63,764 bases of DNA, filler included, from Octopus bimaculoides (GCF_001194135.2; 8 parts of 7 records of this genome joined end to end with filler, not necessarily neighbours in it); one strand, 5' to 3'; counted from the first letter of the whole stretch, positions 49,481-63,721 are shown. The notes: generated by a model not told the origin, from the letters alone. Translations and numbers: made by a program.

Positions 49481-51260
49481 ATGAAGAGAGGAGGTGAGTT
49501 GAGCCCATGTGACGCAAAAGAGCGAAGAGACAAGATTAATTCCTGTTCATGGCGAAAGTGGAAGTCCGGGTGGCCTCTGTGCAATGATATTCCGAACACA
49601 GACAGATGTTGTAGCGAGCGACCGGTAGAACGAAAATGGAACGAGACCGAGGTGTCATTGCCGAGTCTAATGTCTCGGAGGTATTCCGCGAACCGGTCAG
49701 CCGAGCGGTGTCCCGTTTGGCCGATGTACAGGAAAGGACAGGGAGAGGGGGAGGGGCAGGAGANNNNNNNNNNCGCAGGTAAAGGTATCGGTGATGCGAT
49801 AAGGACAATGAAGAGTGCCTGTGAGGGTGGTGACGTTGGAGATGTAGGGGCAGGTGCGGCAGGGTTGGCTGGAGCAGGGGTACGAACCAGGCTGGGAAGT
49901 GGGATTAGGGAAGAAACTATGGACCAGGAGGTCACTCAGGTTATGTGAAGGGGTAGGTTGGGGAAGATGTGCGAGATAGAGGGGTCGGACTGGAGTTGCC
50001 GGAAGGCTAAGAGAATGGTATGTTGGATGGGAAGGACGGAGGGGTGGTAGGTGAGAGGAAACGGGAAACGGCAACGGCTTGACGAGTGCGAGGAGAAAGA
50101 GCAGAGGCACAGTCCACAGATCGTGCCCTGGCAAGGGCAGTGTAGGTAGTAGTGAGGGGATATCCACATAGGATGAAGTGGCGAGCCATGGTTGTCTCTG
50201 CAGACCCTGCGCAAGCAGAGGAATAGGGAATATAGAATGGAGTGCTTGGTGTAGGTAGGGTGAGAGAAGGAGAAGTTAAGGCAAGAGTGTGAGTCAGTGT
50301 GTTTGTAGTGGATGGAGGTAATGAGAGCAAGAGTGGTGTATGTTGAAAGAAATGTCGAGAGATTCGACAGAAGAGTTAGAGATAGTGCAGGAAAATTCAA
50401 GGGCAGGATGGAAGGATTGGACAAAAGAGTGGAAAGAATTTAGTTGTTCGCGGGCGAGTGAAGTTACGGCGATACAGTCATCGATATAACGACAGTATAG
50501 TTCGGTAGTGGGACCAGTGAATTGTGAGAATATTTGTGCCACAGCGTAGCCAACGAACAGGTTCGCATAGTTGAGGCCCATTCTAATTCCCATGGCCACT
50601 CCCCGAAAACGGTTGGTAAAAATCCCTCGCAAACGAGAAGCATTTGAGGGAGAGAACAAGTTCGACCGGACGAAGAAGTGTGGAGGTATCAGATTGAGGG
50701 TCAGGCCGAAGGTCTGAAAGTGTTTGAGCGTAAAAAAGCTTTTCGTTGTGTTGGATCACCGTATATAAACTTTTGATATCAAGAGTGAGCAGAAATTAAG
50801 AGGGGCGAGAAGAGAAGGAAAAAGAGTTTAACAGATGGAGAGCAGGGTTAGTGTCGTGGGTGTGGGAGAGAAGGGAAGCCACTAGGGGGACAAGAACACA
50901 GTCGAGGTATTTAGAGATCGTTTCCGTGGAGTAGTTGCAGTCGGAGACGATGGGGCGGCCAAGGTTGTCGGGCTTGTGAATTTTGGGAAGGAAGTAAGAA
51001 GTGGGTGTACGTAGAGTGCGGAAAATGAGGTTGGACGCGGTAGGAGAGAGACGGGAGAAGGACATGAAATCATGAATAATGGAGGACATAGTCTCTTGGT
51101 AGTTAGACGTGGGGTTGGAGGACAGAGGGCAATAGAAGGCGGTGTCTTGAAATTGGCGGAGAGCTTCAGCCTTGTAAAGGTCTATGCGCCACACCACCAC
51201 AGCTCCACCCTTATCGGACGATTTTATGACGATGTCGGAGACATCGAAGGGCCGAGAGTT
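49481..51260 (-). pseudogene. Near-complete but decayed PLE ORF (RT and GIY-YIG)
   Basis: DKGG.VVVWRIDLY, YFLPKIHKPDNLGRPIVS, GVAMGIRMGLNYANLFVG, RYIDDCI, HP..EFSC.IS, FLYIGQTG.R.ADRFAE.LRDIR. Many frameshifts. Confidence 0.95.
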
Positions 51261-52699
51261 CGGGAGATGTTGAAATATATATATATATATATATANNNNN
51301 NNNNNNNNNNNNNNNNNNNNNNNNNNNNNNNNNNNNNNNTTAATTAATTAANNNNNNNNNNNNNNNNNNNNNNNNNNNNNNNNNNNNNNNNNNNNGATAG
51401 ATAGATAGATATAGCTGCCCAGGCACCATGTCTTTTTGGCCAGAGACCATGCCAAAACAGACATGGAGCCTTGGCAGCTCTTCAACTGGTCAGCTCCTGT
51501 CAAACTGTCTAACCCATGCCAGCATGGAAAACAGACGTTANNNNNNNNNNNNNNNNNNNNNNNNNNNNNNNNNNNNNNNNNNNNNNNNNNNNNNNNNNNN
51601 NNNNNNNNNNNNNNNNNNNNNNNNNNNNNNNNNNNNNNNNNNNNNNNNNNNNNNNNNNNNNNNNNNNNNNNNNNNNNNNNNNNNNNNNNNNNNNNNNNNN
51701 NNNNNNNNNNNNNNNNNNNNNNNNNNNNNNNNNNNNNNNNNNNNNNNNNNNNNNNNNNNNNNNNNNNNNNNNNNNNNNNNNNNNNNNNNNNNNNNNNNNN
51801 NNNNNNNNNNNNNNNNNNNNNNNNNNNNNNNNNNNNNNNNNNNNNNNNNNNNNNNNNNNNNNNNNNNNNNNNNNNNNNNNNNNNNNNNNNNNNNNNNNNN
51901 NNNNNNNNNNNNNNNNNNNNNNNNNNNNNNNNNNNNNNNNNNNNNNNNNNNNNNNNNNNNNNNNNNNNNNNNNNNNNNNNNNNNNNNNNNNNNNNNNNNN
52001 NNNNNNNNNNNNNNNNNNNNNNNNNNNNNNNNNNNNNNNNNNNNNNNNNNNNNNNNNNNNNNNNNNNNNNNNNNNNNNNNNNNNNNNNNNNNNNNNNNNN
52101 NNNNNNNNNNNNNNNNNNNNNNNNNNNNNNNNNNNNNNNNNNNNNNNNNNNNNNNNNNNNNNNNNNNNNNNNNNNNNNNNNNNNNNNNNNNNNNNNNNNN
52201 NNNNNNNNNNNNNNNNNNNNNNNNNNNNNNNNNNNNNAGATTCTGCTGAATTATATGGTATAATCCTCCATTTTTAATTAACATGAATACAAAGTATGCA
52301 AGTCATTATTTCAGCTTGTAAGAGGATATTTCTCCCCTGAAAACAAGTTTTGAAAAAAAAAACTCTAAATCAAAATTTGTTTAAACTCACCTATCTGGTT
52401 TCAATGAACTTTACTAATAATGTAATGGATTTAAACAAAAGGAGGATTATAGAGAATTTGTGTAATCAGAGTGTTAGAAATAAGCTACAAGATGCAATTG
52501 AATTTCTTACAAATGTATAAATAGTTAACATATTTACAACTGTTGAAAGATCCAGTATTAAGCATATGAGACAGAGCAAATTTAACCCTTCTATTACCAT
52601 TCTCTTTTTTCTTTTAATGAGATGTATTACCTTCTCAATTAATTTTTTGAAAATAATAATAATTTTGTAAAACAGAATTGTCATTATCAAACTGGTTTA

Positions 52700-52880
52700 A
52701 AGTGGCCAAGTGGCAGAATTGTTAGCACACAGGGTAAAATGATTAGCAGCATTCCATCCGTCTTTATGTTATGAGTTCAAATTCTGCCAAGGCCAACTTT
52801 GCCATTCATCCTCTCAGGATCATCAATTTACTCCCTCCCCCGAAATTACTGGCCTTGTGACAAAATTTGAAACCATTATT
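52700..52880 (+). mobile_element. Internally deleted SINE copy (family of 103-478)
   Basis: ggccaagtggcagaattgttagcac...tgagttcaaattctgcc...ggccttgtgacaaaatttgaaaccattatt. Confidence 0.75.
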
Positions 52881-52949
52881 AAGCTGGTGTTTGGAACATA
52901 AATTAGCATGGAATTTCCATGGAAACTTATAATTTTGATCACTTTATCT

Positions 52950-53606
52950 CTTTAACATTTGGGCCATATCAGGCCCAAATAGTCTATCTGTTTTATGTTC
53001 AAACTGACCAAGTCCAGCCTTTCACACCTACCCTGCAATGTCATTCTTAAAACAAACAGTCACATCTTCAAAATCTCAAAGTTACAGATTACTTCAAAGC
53101 AATATGAATAAATAAGCTTTATATTTGACAGGGTAATTTGAATGCTAAAGTGATAAAACCAGACCATATCCAGCCCAAATATTCTACTAGTTTTATGTTC
53201 AAACTGACCAGATCCAGCCTCTTACACCTAACTTGCATCTTCAAAGTTTCAAAACTATGAGATAATGCAGGATTGATTTTATNNNNNNNNNNTGCATCTT
53301 CAAAGTTTCAAAACTATGAGATAATGCAGGATTGATTTTATAAAACGTGAATAAATATGAGTGTGTGCTGAAAAGTTCCTGGCTTTGAGTAAAAGAAAAT
53401 AAAGGAGGATCAGTTGATTAGGATTTTATTCAACAAATTCCCATCTCAGAGACACATTTTTGCAGTGATCCTTCAGCTTTTCTAAACCATGTAAAAGAAC
53501 TTGGAAGGTTGGGCCCATAACCAGACCTTTTGCAATATCTTTAAAGTCAGGAACTTTACTTAAGTATTACATTTGGCAAAGTAATCTGAATGGTAAAGGG
53601 TTAAAA
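52950..53606. mobile_element. Two tandem copies of a TTAA-ended (piggyBac-like) MITE; the second is interrupted by a mariner-like MITE (about 53358-53560)
   Basis: Repeated ccatatc.ggcccaaata...ttttatgttcaaactgacca unit ending gaatg(c/g)taaag(t/g)g.ttaa. The insert begins tgctgaaaagttcctggc and ends gtcaggaacttt. Confidence 0.6.
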
Positions 53607-53699
53607 GAAGNNNNNNNNNNNNNNNNNNNNNNNNNNNNNNNNNNNNNNNNNNNNNNNNNNNNNNNNNNNNNNNNNNNNNNNNNNAACATAACTATACAT

Positions 53700-53983
53700 T
53701 TTATAGGCACAGATGTGACTGTGTTGTAAGAAGCTTACTTCCCAACCACATGGTTCCAGGTTCAATCCCACTGTTTGGCACTCTGGGCATGTGTCTTCTA
53801 CTATAGCCTTGGGCCGACCAAAGCCTTGTGAGTNNNNNNNNNNGACAAAAACTGAAAGAAGCTTGTCATATGTGCATGTGTGTGTGGGGGGAGGGGTATC
53901 TGCATGTATCTTTGTGTCTCTGTTTGTCCTACAACCACTGCTTGACAACCAGTGTTGGTGTGTTTATGTCCCCATAACTTAGC
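53700..53983 (+). mobile_element. SINE (third family)
   Basis: ggcacagatgtgactgtgttgtaagaagcttacttcccaaccacatggttccaggttcaatcccactg...gggccgaccaaagccttgtgag. Confidence 0.85.
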
Positions 53984-54339
53984 NNNNNNNNNNNNNNNNN
54001 NNNNNNNNNNNNNNNNNNNNNNNNNNNTTAATTAATTAANNNNNNNNNNNNNNNNNNNNNNNNNNNNNNNNNNNNNNNNNNNNTGTCTCTCTACTACCTC
54101 TGTCAAATGAATCACCAAAATTGGCCTTTCATTATTTATAATCTGTACCTGTTTGTTTGGTTACGAAATGAAATACACAAAACGTGTTTCTGAATTACGT
54201 GTATTTACTTTATATACATATGAGTTGAAAACTTTCTTCTAACATTCCACTTAATATCTATGTTCCATGCTGGCATGGATTGGAGAGTTATTAATGTAGA
54301 AATATGGTATCGTAGCTACTAACAGTTGAGGGTTACGTA

Positions 54340-54407
54340 GTCTAGACGGCGTTTTTAGATTTCATTATTCTCTTTAACTCGGGCAACGCCGGGTATTTCT
54401 GCTAGTA
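54340..54407 (-). mobile_element. Helitron/Helentron(HINE)-like terminus
   Basis: Minus strand tactagcagaaatacccggcgttgcccgagt, homologous to 16067-16098. Confidence 0.4.
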
Positions 54408-55162
54408 TTTAATATATGTCGAAGTGAGAATATAACTGCATCTCCTTTAAATAATATTCTGATTCTTTAAATTTTTTAGTTTTATTTATTAGTAAAATAA
54501 TGCTCCGTGCTCATTATTTCTTTTTAAAAATTCCGGTTTACGCTCATATGTATTTCATGATTTTAATGAATAATGGCTGGTTGTCCTGCCTAGTGTGTTA
54601 TATTCCATTCCACTTGTTCAGTAGAAGTTAAAAAGCATGCAGCGGATAATTTTTGTTTGTAAAGCTTTAGCTGTCATGTTTTACCTGCGGTTTGCTTATT
54701 GATTAAAGGAGATGTTGTGTGAACATTTTCCATAGCGTACACATACATATATCCCAGGGCAGTCTTTTCGACATATGTGCGTACATCGGAAAGACTGCTG
54801 TGAGATAAATAATTTTGATATCGAGTAGGCACATTCTTTTCAACACAAGGATTATTGTTGGAACATTCCCATCAGAATGAAACAAGCATAATTCCTCTTA
54901 GACATGAAGAACATTGTACAAATTGTACACCTGAAACGAATGATCTACTCGCAGAGACAGCACTCAAAAATATTTAAATTCCAAGTCACAATATACATTA
55001 TAAACGCTACTGAATATTGCCTTTCATATTAAAAACTAACAAAAAAAAAATTAATCTCCTCTTTCTTTCCCACTCTCTCCCTCTCCCTATCTCCCTCCAC
55101 CTCTCTCACTCCTGACCTCTCTTCTGCCACACTCTCTCTCACTCCACCTACTCTTTCCCTCC

Positions 55163-55241
<79 letters not shown>

Positions 55242-55581
55242 CAAATGCACACATATATATATCTATGTGTGTGTGTGTGTGTGTGTATGTGCGGGTGGTT
55301 GTGTGCATGCGGGCACGCATGTGTGTGTATATTTGACGTCGAGTTGCTTAGCGGTAAAGCAATCGCAAGACCGTGGTTTCGATTCCAAGACAGGCGGGGT
55401 GTTGTGTTCTTGACCAGTTCACTCAGCTGTAAAAGGATAATCCTGCGAAATCCTGCGAAAGGATAATCCAGTTCCGGAGGAATGTAAACTTGTCCGCATA
55501 GCCAGCAGGCAAGCCGCCTTTGAAGGCTACAGCAAGCACATTTTGCGAAGCACATTTTGCCAAGCAGTATCTCTCTCTCTA

Positions 55582-55615
<34 letters not shown>

Positions 55616-55839
55616 TCTCTCTCTCTATCTATCTACCTACCTACACACACACATATATTCATATAAAGATGTATATGAATAAATGTGTATTGATATATTT
55701 CTTTATTAATCATCAAATTTATGTTCATGTAGTATTACTGTATATATGAAAATGTATGTATGTATTATGTATGTATGTATGCGTGTGTTGTATATATGTC
55801 TATATATGAGATAAAGATTCTTCCTGATTCAGTTAAATT

Positions 55840-56042
55840 CATAGAGCTGGTTTCCCGGTTTTTGTGGTGTACATATCCCCTACCTGGAAAAGACACCGGT
55901 CCCTTGCAGGACTACTCATCTTCGTCAGCTAAGTGGACTGGAGCTACGTCAAATGAAGTATTGTGTGAAGAACACAACGCTTCGCCCGATCCAGGAATCG
56001 AAACCATAGTCTTGCTATCATTAGTGCAACACTCTAACCACT
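55840..56042 (-). mobile_element. CORE-like SINE with truncated head
   Basis: tagtggttagagtgttgcac...ggtttcgattcc...gctccagtccacttagctg...gagtagt. Confidence 0.7.
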
Positions 56043-56349
56043 ATCTGGCTCTACGTAGACAGCGGTGAACAGGTGTGGTCACCGTTTGTGCGGCGCGCTT
56101 TCCCGCAGCTCGTCTCCATGACCGAACTGCAGTCGTGGATCAAGAAGAGGCCGAGGAAGGGCGAATGGCACCGCGAGTGTCGCGTTGCTCTCCGGCAACT
56201 CAAACAACCCGGGTCAACCTTGAGCGACTGCATCACAACTAACGCATTCTATAGTGGATTAGTGGAGGGAAGGTACGACAACGATCTCGGGGCGAACCTG
56301 GGCGTCGACGAGGAATACCTGACCCGCCTGTTTAAGACGACCTTCGGGC
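56043..56349 (+). pseudogene. Tx1-type ORF2 C-terminal fragment, 5'-truncated, running into a gap
   Basis: WLYVDSGEQVWSPFV...WHRECRVAL...FYSGLVEG..D.DLG..LG.DE..L..LFKTTFG aligns with element B (YKECHKAL...YYSRLVE..NDD.LG..LGLDD..L..LF.ITFG). Confidence 0.85.
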
Positions 56350-56449
56350 NNNNNNNNNNNNNNNNNNNNNNNNNNNNNNNNNNNNNNNNNNNNTTAATTA
56401 ATTAANNNNNNNNNNNNNNNNNNNNNNNNNNNNNNNNNNNNNNNNNNNN

Positions 56450-56494
<45 letters not shown>

Positions 56495-57587
56495 AGAGAG
56501 AGAGAGAGAGAGAGTTTGATAGATCGACAGAGAAGTAGATAGCCCGGTAGGTATATAGAGGGAAAGAAATTAAGATAAATACATAAGAAAGACAAAGATC
56601 TGGGGATGTAGAACACGGATTTTATTAGATAATATATGTTACTTGCAGAAATCATTTAAAAGCATAATCATAAACGAATCTAAATAATAATGAATGCAAA
56701 GAATTCCTGAATGAAATTTAGGTAAGATAATGGCAATCTTTCATTATGAGAAAAGAACAATGATATCGGATGTAATACAAAAATATAAATTAAAGAATTC
56801 GGGTAAAAACTACTTGAAAAATAGCTGTTAATATCTGTCTATTGATTGATTAAAGATAGATCTGAATCATTATTATTATGTTGTTGTTGAAATAATCTAA
56901 TTTGAACAACGCGTTTCATTACAAATTTAAACATCTATTTCCTACGCTTGAAATATGTCCTGCACTGCAGGCAATTTATGTTGAAATCTCATCTACAGTT
57001 TCATCATTATAATAATTTAAGGAAACCCACCTCATCCCCTCTCTTTCTTTCTCTATCTGAATAGGAACAATACACAATACATTACAAGCAGGAACAATGC
57101 ACAATACATTTTATACTAGTCTGCTAGCTTTTGAATAGCTACTTAGTTATGCAATGTCTTATATCAATTACTCACAACGGTCACATTTTCCTAACTATAT
57201 TGTAAAACTAGTAATGATAGATTAGTAATGGCAAAGCTTTGCAATACGCATCAGCAAATACACGCTACGTGACTTGAGGTAACACGCGATAGGTTGCAAA
57301 CATCTACCTGCTATTTCAGGTATGGAAAACTCTCTAAACATGACAAAGCATTTAAAAAAAGATTAACAGAAAATTTCGTCGTGGAGACATCTGACGATGC
57401 AGCCCTATATATCAATGTCCATAAATTAGCAACTCAACATTCACTTTGAACTGGAGGGTACAATGCGTTAACTTCATGGTTTTAACTTCTTTAAAACTTC
57501 ATTCATTCATATTTTCTGAATTCAGTCATAATGGCATCAACTATTAATAGAAACAAATTTACACACACACACACATACACACACACA

Positions 57588-57658
<71 letters not shown>

Positions 57659-60600
57659 GCGGACGAAAATTAGAAGATTGATGGGCTGAACAATAGTATA
57701 GCACCATTGATAAGATTGACAAATTTCTTTATATAATATGTAAGTAACTAGTGAATAGAGCCTGGAACGTAAACAAAAAAATTTGACTCTAAACACAAGT
57801 GACTTCTAGAAAACACTGAAGATACGGCTAAGTATTAGTGGCTTCTAGAAAACACTAAAGATAATAGCAGCAGCAAAACATTTAAAGTCACAAACTTATT
57901 TAAATACTTCTTTGGCCTTTTTATTTAGTAACTGAATGTTTTTGCATTTCATATATACTGTTATTGATTCTGGAAAATCATTAAATGCTGGTGAATTTAT
58001 CAAAGGTAGTTTTGCTAAATGTATATCGCTTTGTTTGACCAATAACATAAAGAGGATTCTGCTATAAAGTGAGCGGATTAGTTAGCAATATGAAGTAATG
58101 CCCCAAAGGCAGAATTATGAAATGAATGCTAATAAAGGAAATCAAATTTAAGGATTCTTAGATAATTGTCACATCTTTTTAATTGTCTTTATTATTGGCT
58201 TAATAAACTGTTATTGGGCGATATTTTCCCGGAGATCCTATTCCTGACATACATTAATATATCACAAAATGTTTCCCAAGGTTTAAATATATTCGTTAAA
58301 AATAATTTCAGTTACGGCTGACGGTGCCACTAACATGGTAGTCCTCAATATTGGTTTGGTAACGCAATTTACAAAAGTTTACGTCATACTTTTTATTTTT
58401 CGTTTTTCCTGAACTATACATTGAATGCTGTTTCAGATTGTAAGCTTTTACGATTTCATTACAATGAGAATATGCAATAGAAATAGTTAGTTTGAGAGCT
58501 GAGAGGGTTAAGAATTAAATTTACTTGAAAATTATGAAGGTAATGCACAATAGAGTACGATAAGTTCTCGAACAGTCTGTTGAAAGTTTTACTATTTTCA
58601 AATAAGAAAAACAAGGTGAATAATTCTACTGCTAAATTATTTTAACCTGGTCCTGTAATTTACATTTTAACGAGTAATTTTATTGTATTCAAACCAAATA
58701 TGTTTAATGTAATGAAAATCTATTGACGTGGTAAGTGGTTTGATCAAGGGTTTCGAGAATAAATTCGACATATTTTAATCTAGAATATTGCAAAATACGA
58801 GATACCATCTTATAGAAGTTCGGAGTGCTGTGACTGGACAGTTTAATTCAAGATTTGTGCAGTTTAGAGAAAACAATACAATTGAGAAAATATTGGATCG
58901 GGGGATAATTCAGGGTCCGGAATTAGATACGCATAAATGGTAGGGATTTAAAAGATATAGAAGTGCAGTTAGACGACTTCCAATCTAATCTTGTTCAGGA
59001 AAGTAAATCCATTACACTTAGAATAAATTGAATATGAACGACTGCAAGAAACTGCGAATAAACATTCAAAATGTGAACGTCTAAAAAGTGGAACTGCATT
59101 CCCGAAAATGTTTGTATTCTTAAAATGTTTGCGAACACACTCCTCAAAACACCCGTTGTTTTACTCATGTGAAGTACTGTTTTCAGCATTGGAAGTCGAT
59201 TTCTGTGCTGCTTGCATCGTATTAAAATGTACAGTCTATATCCTCTTGACATACTAACTGTTGGTTCGAACTACGCAGCAAAATTGTCATGAATGTTGAG
59301 GAAACATTTTTTATACTTCCATTTTATTATCCTGGTTTTATTCTGACTTATTAAAGTATTCATTTGTATGTTATTAAAATAATTGATTTCTTAACACGTA
59401 CGAAAATTAGCTCGTTTGCATGTAAGCATTTACTTTACAATAATTATATACAACGGACTTAAAAGATTCGCTCTCACCAGCAAAAATACAGACTAGAGGC
59501 TTTCGATGATAATCCTGCATTCTCCCAATTCACTTCAAATTGTGCAGTCTGTTATATGCTCAAACGTAAGAATAAAAAAATACAACACTCGTACTATTAA
59601 TTACTAGCACTGTAGGAATTAATTATTCAGTAGGTTAGCAAAATATTTCTATAAATAACATATCATAACAACCGAATTATGACTTATATCATTTAATTTT
59701 TGAAAGAAATTATATAAGAAAAGCTAATGCATATCTTAACTAAATTCATGGAATGGTATTGTAAATGCCTTTTATGATTTGAATAAGCATACAACATATT
59801 TCAATATATAACACATAAAGACTTCAAAATATCCAATTAAAATGATTGTGAGTAATAATCTCTAACTGTCGCGAGGCCATATATTCGGCATGAGGTGAAT
59901 TATGTAGACCTTCGTACTTTATTCTATCCATCGATTATTTAGATCTTCGTACTTTATTCTATCCATCTTGTGAGAATGAAGAGCAAATTTGATCTGAGTG
60001 GGATATAAGCACAGAATGGAAAGCGCTCATATCTGCAAAGCATTTTGTCCAATGCTCTAATACATTTGATAATCCACTATTTTGTTTTAAGCCATAATAA
60101 TGATTCCTGAAATAGGAACCAGGCCAGTAATTTTGAGGGGAGTTGGTTAATAGATTGTATTGATTCTAAACTAAGATTGCTACTTTATTTTTGAACAATC
60201 CCGATGGGATGATAGGCGAAGTTAATCTCGATGCTGGTTGAACTTAAAACGTAAAGAGCTCGAATATATTTTGAAAGGCACGATGACTGTACCCAACAAA
60301 AGCCATTTTCAAAACCATAATACTAACAGCAATACAATACTTTGAAAGTTAAATGGGAAAAGCTTTGAATTTAAAATTTTCAAAATATCTGAAACTTAAC
60401 TCTTAGATTCAAACAACTAATCGCAGCCACATTGGTACAGTGCCAACGTTGTAAACGCCCCATTCTATGCGGAAGGGTATTTACGCTATCTGTATTATTT
60501 AGAATTTTTACTTCTTTCTTATAGAGACAAAGGTAGGGCACACAATGTATGCAAAGCCAACAAAATACAGTGACAGAGGACCAACTGCAGATAATTGTAA

Positions 60601-60974
60601 GAAATAGAAACCGAAAAAGACATCCAAGGGACATATTTTACTGATAAACAAAGTGACGCATTCGCTTTATCATGCAAAACCAGTACAAAGTGTGATAGTT
60701 ATATTTTCCGTCTACTCGATTTTACTTACAATGTTTGACTCTCAGCGTATAAAGGAAAGATTTGTCAAAAGTGCCAAGCTTAGATATCAGGGAAATCTTT
60801 GATTTAATCTGTATTTTCATCACAATTAATAATATATAAATGTTTTATTGCATTTTATGATAAATGGTAATACTCAATGTTACAAGAAAGCAATAGAAAC
60901 TACATAATGTTTCTTTACAAAATAATGTGTATAGTACATTAGCTGCATGAGATGCATTCCTGCAGAATATCATA

Positions 60975-61209
60975 CAGGGTGGCCCAAAGGTAGGTTTACA
61001 GTTATTCAACTATCTCTTTCGCATTCATATATTTACAGTTTAGATCTTAATTATAACAAAATATGAAACCATTATTCTATGCTAATTTAGTTAGTTTTGT
61101 CAAGCACCCTTTTCAATTTATAAGATAGAATTTTAAATGTAATAAAATGTTTTAAAAGAAATTTATAGAGCCTACGTGATAACTGTAAACCCGCATTTGG
61201 GTCACCCTG
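60975..61209. mobile_element. Tc1/mariner-type MITE (235 bp)
   Basis: About 31-bp TIRs (cagggtggcccaaaggtaggtttacagttat / ataactgtaaacccgcatttgggtcaccctg) with TA at 60973-74 and 61210-11. Confidence 0.9.
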
Positions 61210-62376
61210 TATAACACATTCAGTAGTATAAGTGGAAGAGATAGATCTTATTTTTTAGATATTGATTAAATTAATTATAATATGTAGTCTTCTGAGTCTT
61301 TAACAAATATAGTGTGCGTTTCCATTTCCACCCCTTTCAAAGTTCATAGAATCAGCTCTGTGGATATTCCAAACAATTTATAGTCGCCTTCTACGGAGCT
61401 ATCTGCTTGTGACAGCTATCATAAAATATAATATTATAACTATTTAAATATTGTGTATGCTGAAATGTTATCTTATCTAATCTCTAAGCTTCAAAGACTT
61501 ATTGTAAATAATATTGCTTCCTTAGGCCACATTTCTTTTCCAAGTTGATAATTAACTGTAATTCTCGGAATTAAATTAGAATAACTTGTTCTGATAAAAT
61601 CCAACTTGCCAATATCTAATGTGGCCAGTATCAGAGCCTTCAGACATATATTGGCAAATGAAGAAATGTTGCTCCAATATGAGTAAATATTACACCATAG
61701 TTCGAGATTAGATTTGTATACAGCATTGGCATAGAAGTAATGTTGCAGAGGCATTCGATTAGTTGTTTTTAAGTTTGCATATTGATTTTTATAGCAACTT
61801 TTTGGAAATTTAATTCTATTCATGCACGCCCTTATTATTTATTTTTTTCACATTTTCATCGCATCTATTTAAAGAAAGATGAAGATAGTTATGATAGTTA
61901 TTAAATTGTTATATCTATTCACTCAAGTCCATCAACTTCGTTGCCTCAGTCTCTCGCATTGCAATTTTAGTTCTTACGAAAAACAACAACAGCTGTAATA
62001 CGCCTAGTGAAGCAGAAGTTTTGAAGATTATGTGACTAAAATAAGTAGGGCAATTAATTTTATATGGCATAATATAAACTATAAGACTACTTCAGTGTAT
62101 ATAATGATAGCAGAATTTAAAGATTGATAGCAAAAGATTTTCCATTTCAAAAGTATTCCTGTTTTTGAATTATAGATTTATCTATAAGAAAGTTGAAAGA
62201 AGGAAAACCCTGGAAACACCCCCTCCCCCCAAAAATAAACTGTAAGAAACCAATAAAAATATTAGAAAGAAAGATTGCAATTTCTCCATGCGCACACAAA
62301 GACAGGCACAATACATATGTACGTACACTCATGCACACATAAACACTCACACACATGTGGATGCATGCACACACGC

Positions 62377-62425
<49 letters not shown>

Positions 62426-63721
62426 TGTACTTATATTTTACGCCATCACAATTATACTAGTTATAACCAATATAATACTTCAAAGGAAGAACTAGGGCAG
62501 TGAATAACATCTTGTTATATTCTATCAGTAACATATCTTTTTCAAGCTATCATTGAAAGACTTATTATAAAGCTTAAACTTTATTCAAACGCACTTTTCT
62601 TTAACTGGTTTATTTGTAATTGTACTGAGCCAAAGTTTAGCCCAGTTGTTCATCTATAAAAGTCAAAATTTTCCATTGAAAATTGTTCTCTTATTAAATG
62701 TAAATCGCTATTTTTGCGTAATATTTTTTCCAATGGATTAGAGCGAAGTCTTCGTTGCGTATATATGAAAATAGAAATCTTAAGGGAAAAATATTGGATT
62801 CAATTTCTTGGCAATTTACGTTCCGCTTTATTCCAAGCAATGCATATAACCAATTCCCTGAAATAGATTCATAACTCCAATCTACTTATAAAAAAGAATA
62901 TAAAATAAATAAATAAATAAATAAATAATAATGATAAATAAAATATAATACCTTGCTTTGTATTCCTATGCTTTTATATCTTATTATAGTTTAGCCGTTA
63001 TGTATATTCTTATCATTCTTACCTTATCCTACTACTCATTTGTTCTTGTTTACAGCAGTCTTTATAATTCTTATCTTACACCAACCTCTTTCTATTTCTA
63101 TATTCTTCCTTTTATCGCGATCCAACCCTCCGGCCTTCTTTTCATGTCTACAGCCTTATTTATTTTAATCTGCCCACAGCTCTTTTTCATATCCACAAAC
63201 ACATTTCTGTTTATTTCCTTTATTTCTCTTCTATTTCTTTAATATCTCTTCATTTCAAAATGTCTTCCTTGCATTCTTGTCTCCAGTTATATCTGTTGCC
63301 CAGAGAAGATAATTGTATATGTTACCTATTGCTTACCAAGGTTCTTGCCTTGTTTTATCTTTTTATCACAAGCCTTTCCCGGTTCCTTCTTATTTGTTAC
63401 ATTTTATATCAATCATATTTATATATTATAGTTTCTTCTTATCAGTGATTGTGCACAATACCGTGTGCATTAAAACTAAAAGAAAAAAACCCAAACAGGC
63501 GAACAAAAACTGTGTGTGACCCAGGTTCAATTCCAAATTATTTTACTTTGTATGAGAAATATATAGACATCACAACTACCATCCTTCCATGACGTGAAGT
63601 CAATATTATTGATAACATTTTGATTGATATCACTGACAAAAAGAAAATGGTGAGAAAATTGGTTGTTTACATCACGTTAGTGTGTCCTGCCAATTTCTCT
63701 CTCTCGCTATCTCTCTTTCTC

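Noticed and set aside
53235-53340. Exact 48-bp duplication
   Set aside because: It also flanks a 10-N gap, so it is an assembly overlap artefact.
58995-59280. Open frames on both strands in moderately complex sequence, considered as a possible host exon
   Set aside because: No recognisable protein motif or clear splice sites. RNA-seq would be needed.
57060-59970. Small tandem duplications (about 57060-57112, 57800-57865, 59905-59970)
   Set aside because: Ordinary two-copy slippage duplications with no further structure.
61491-61823. 110-aa minus-strand ORF and a faint LRR-like phrase on the plus strand
   Set aside because: No recognisable domain, the plus frame is broken by stops, and there is no convincing splice context.
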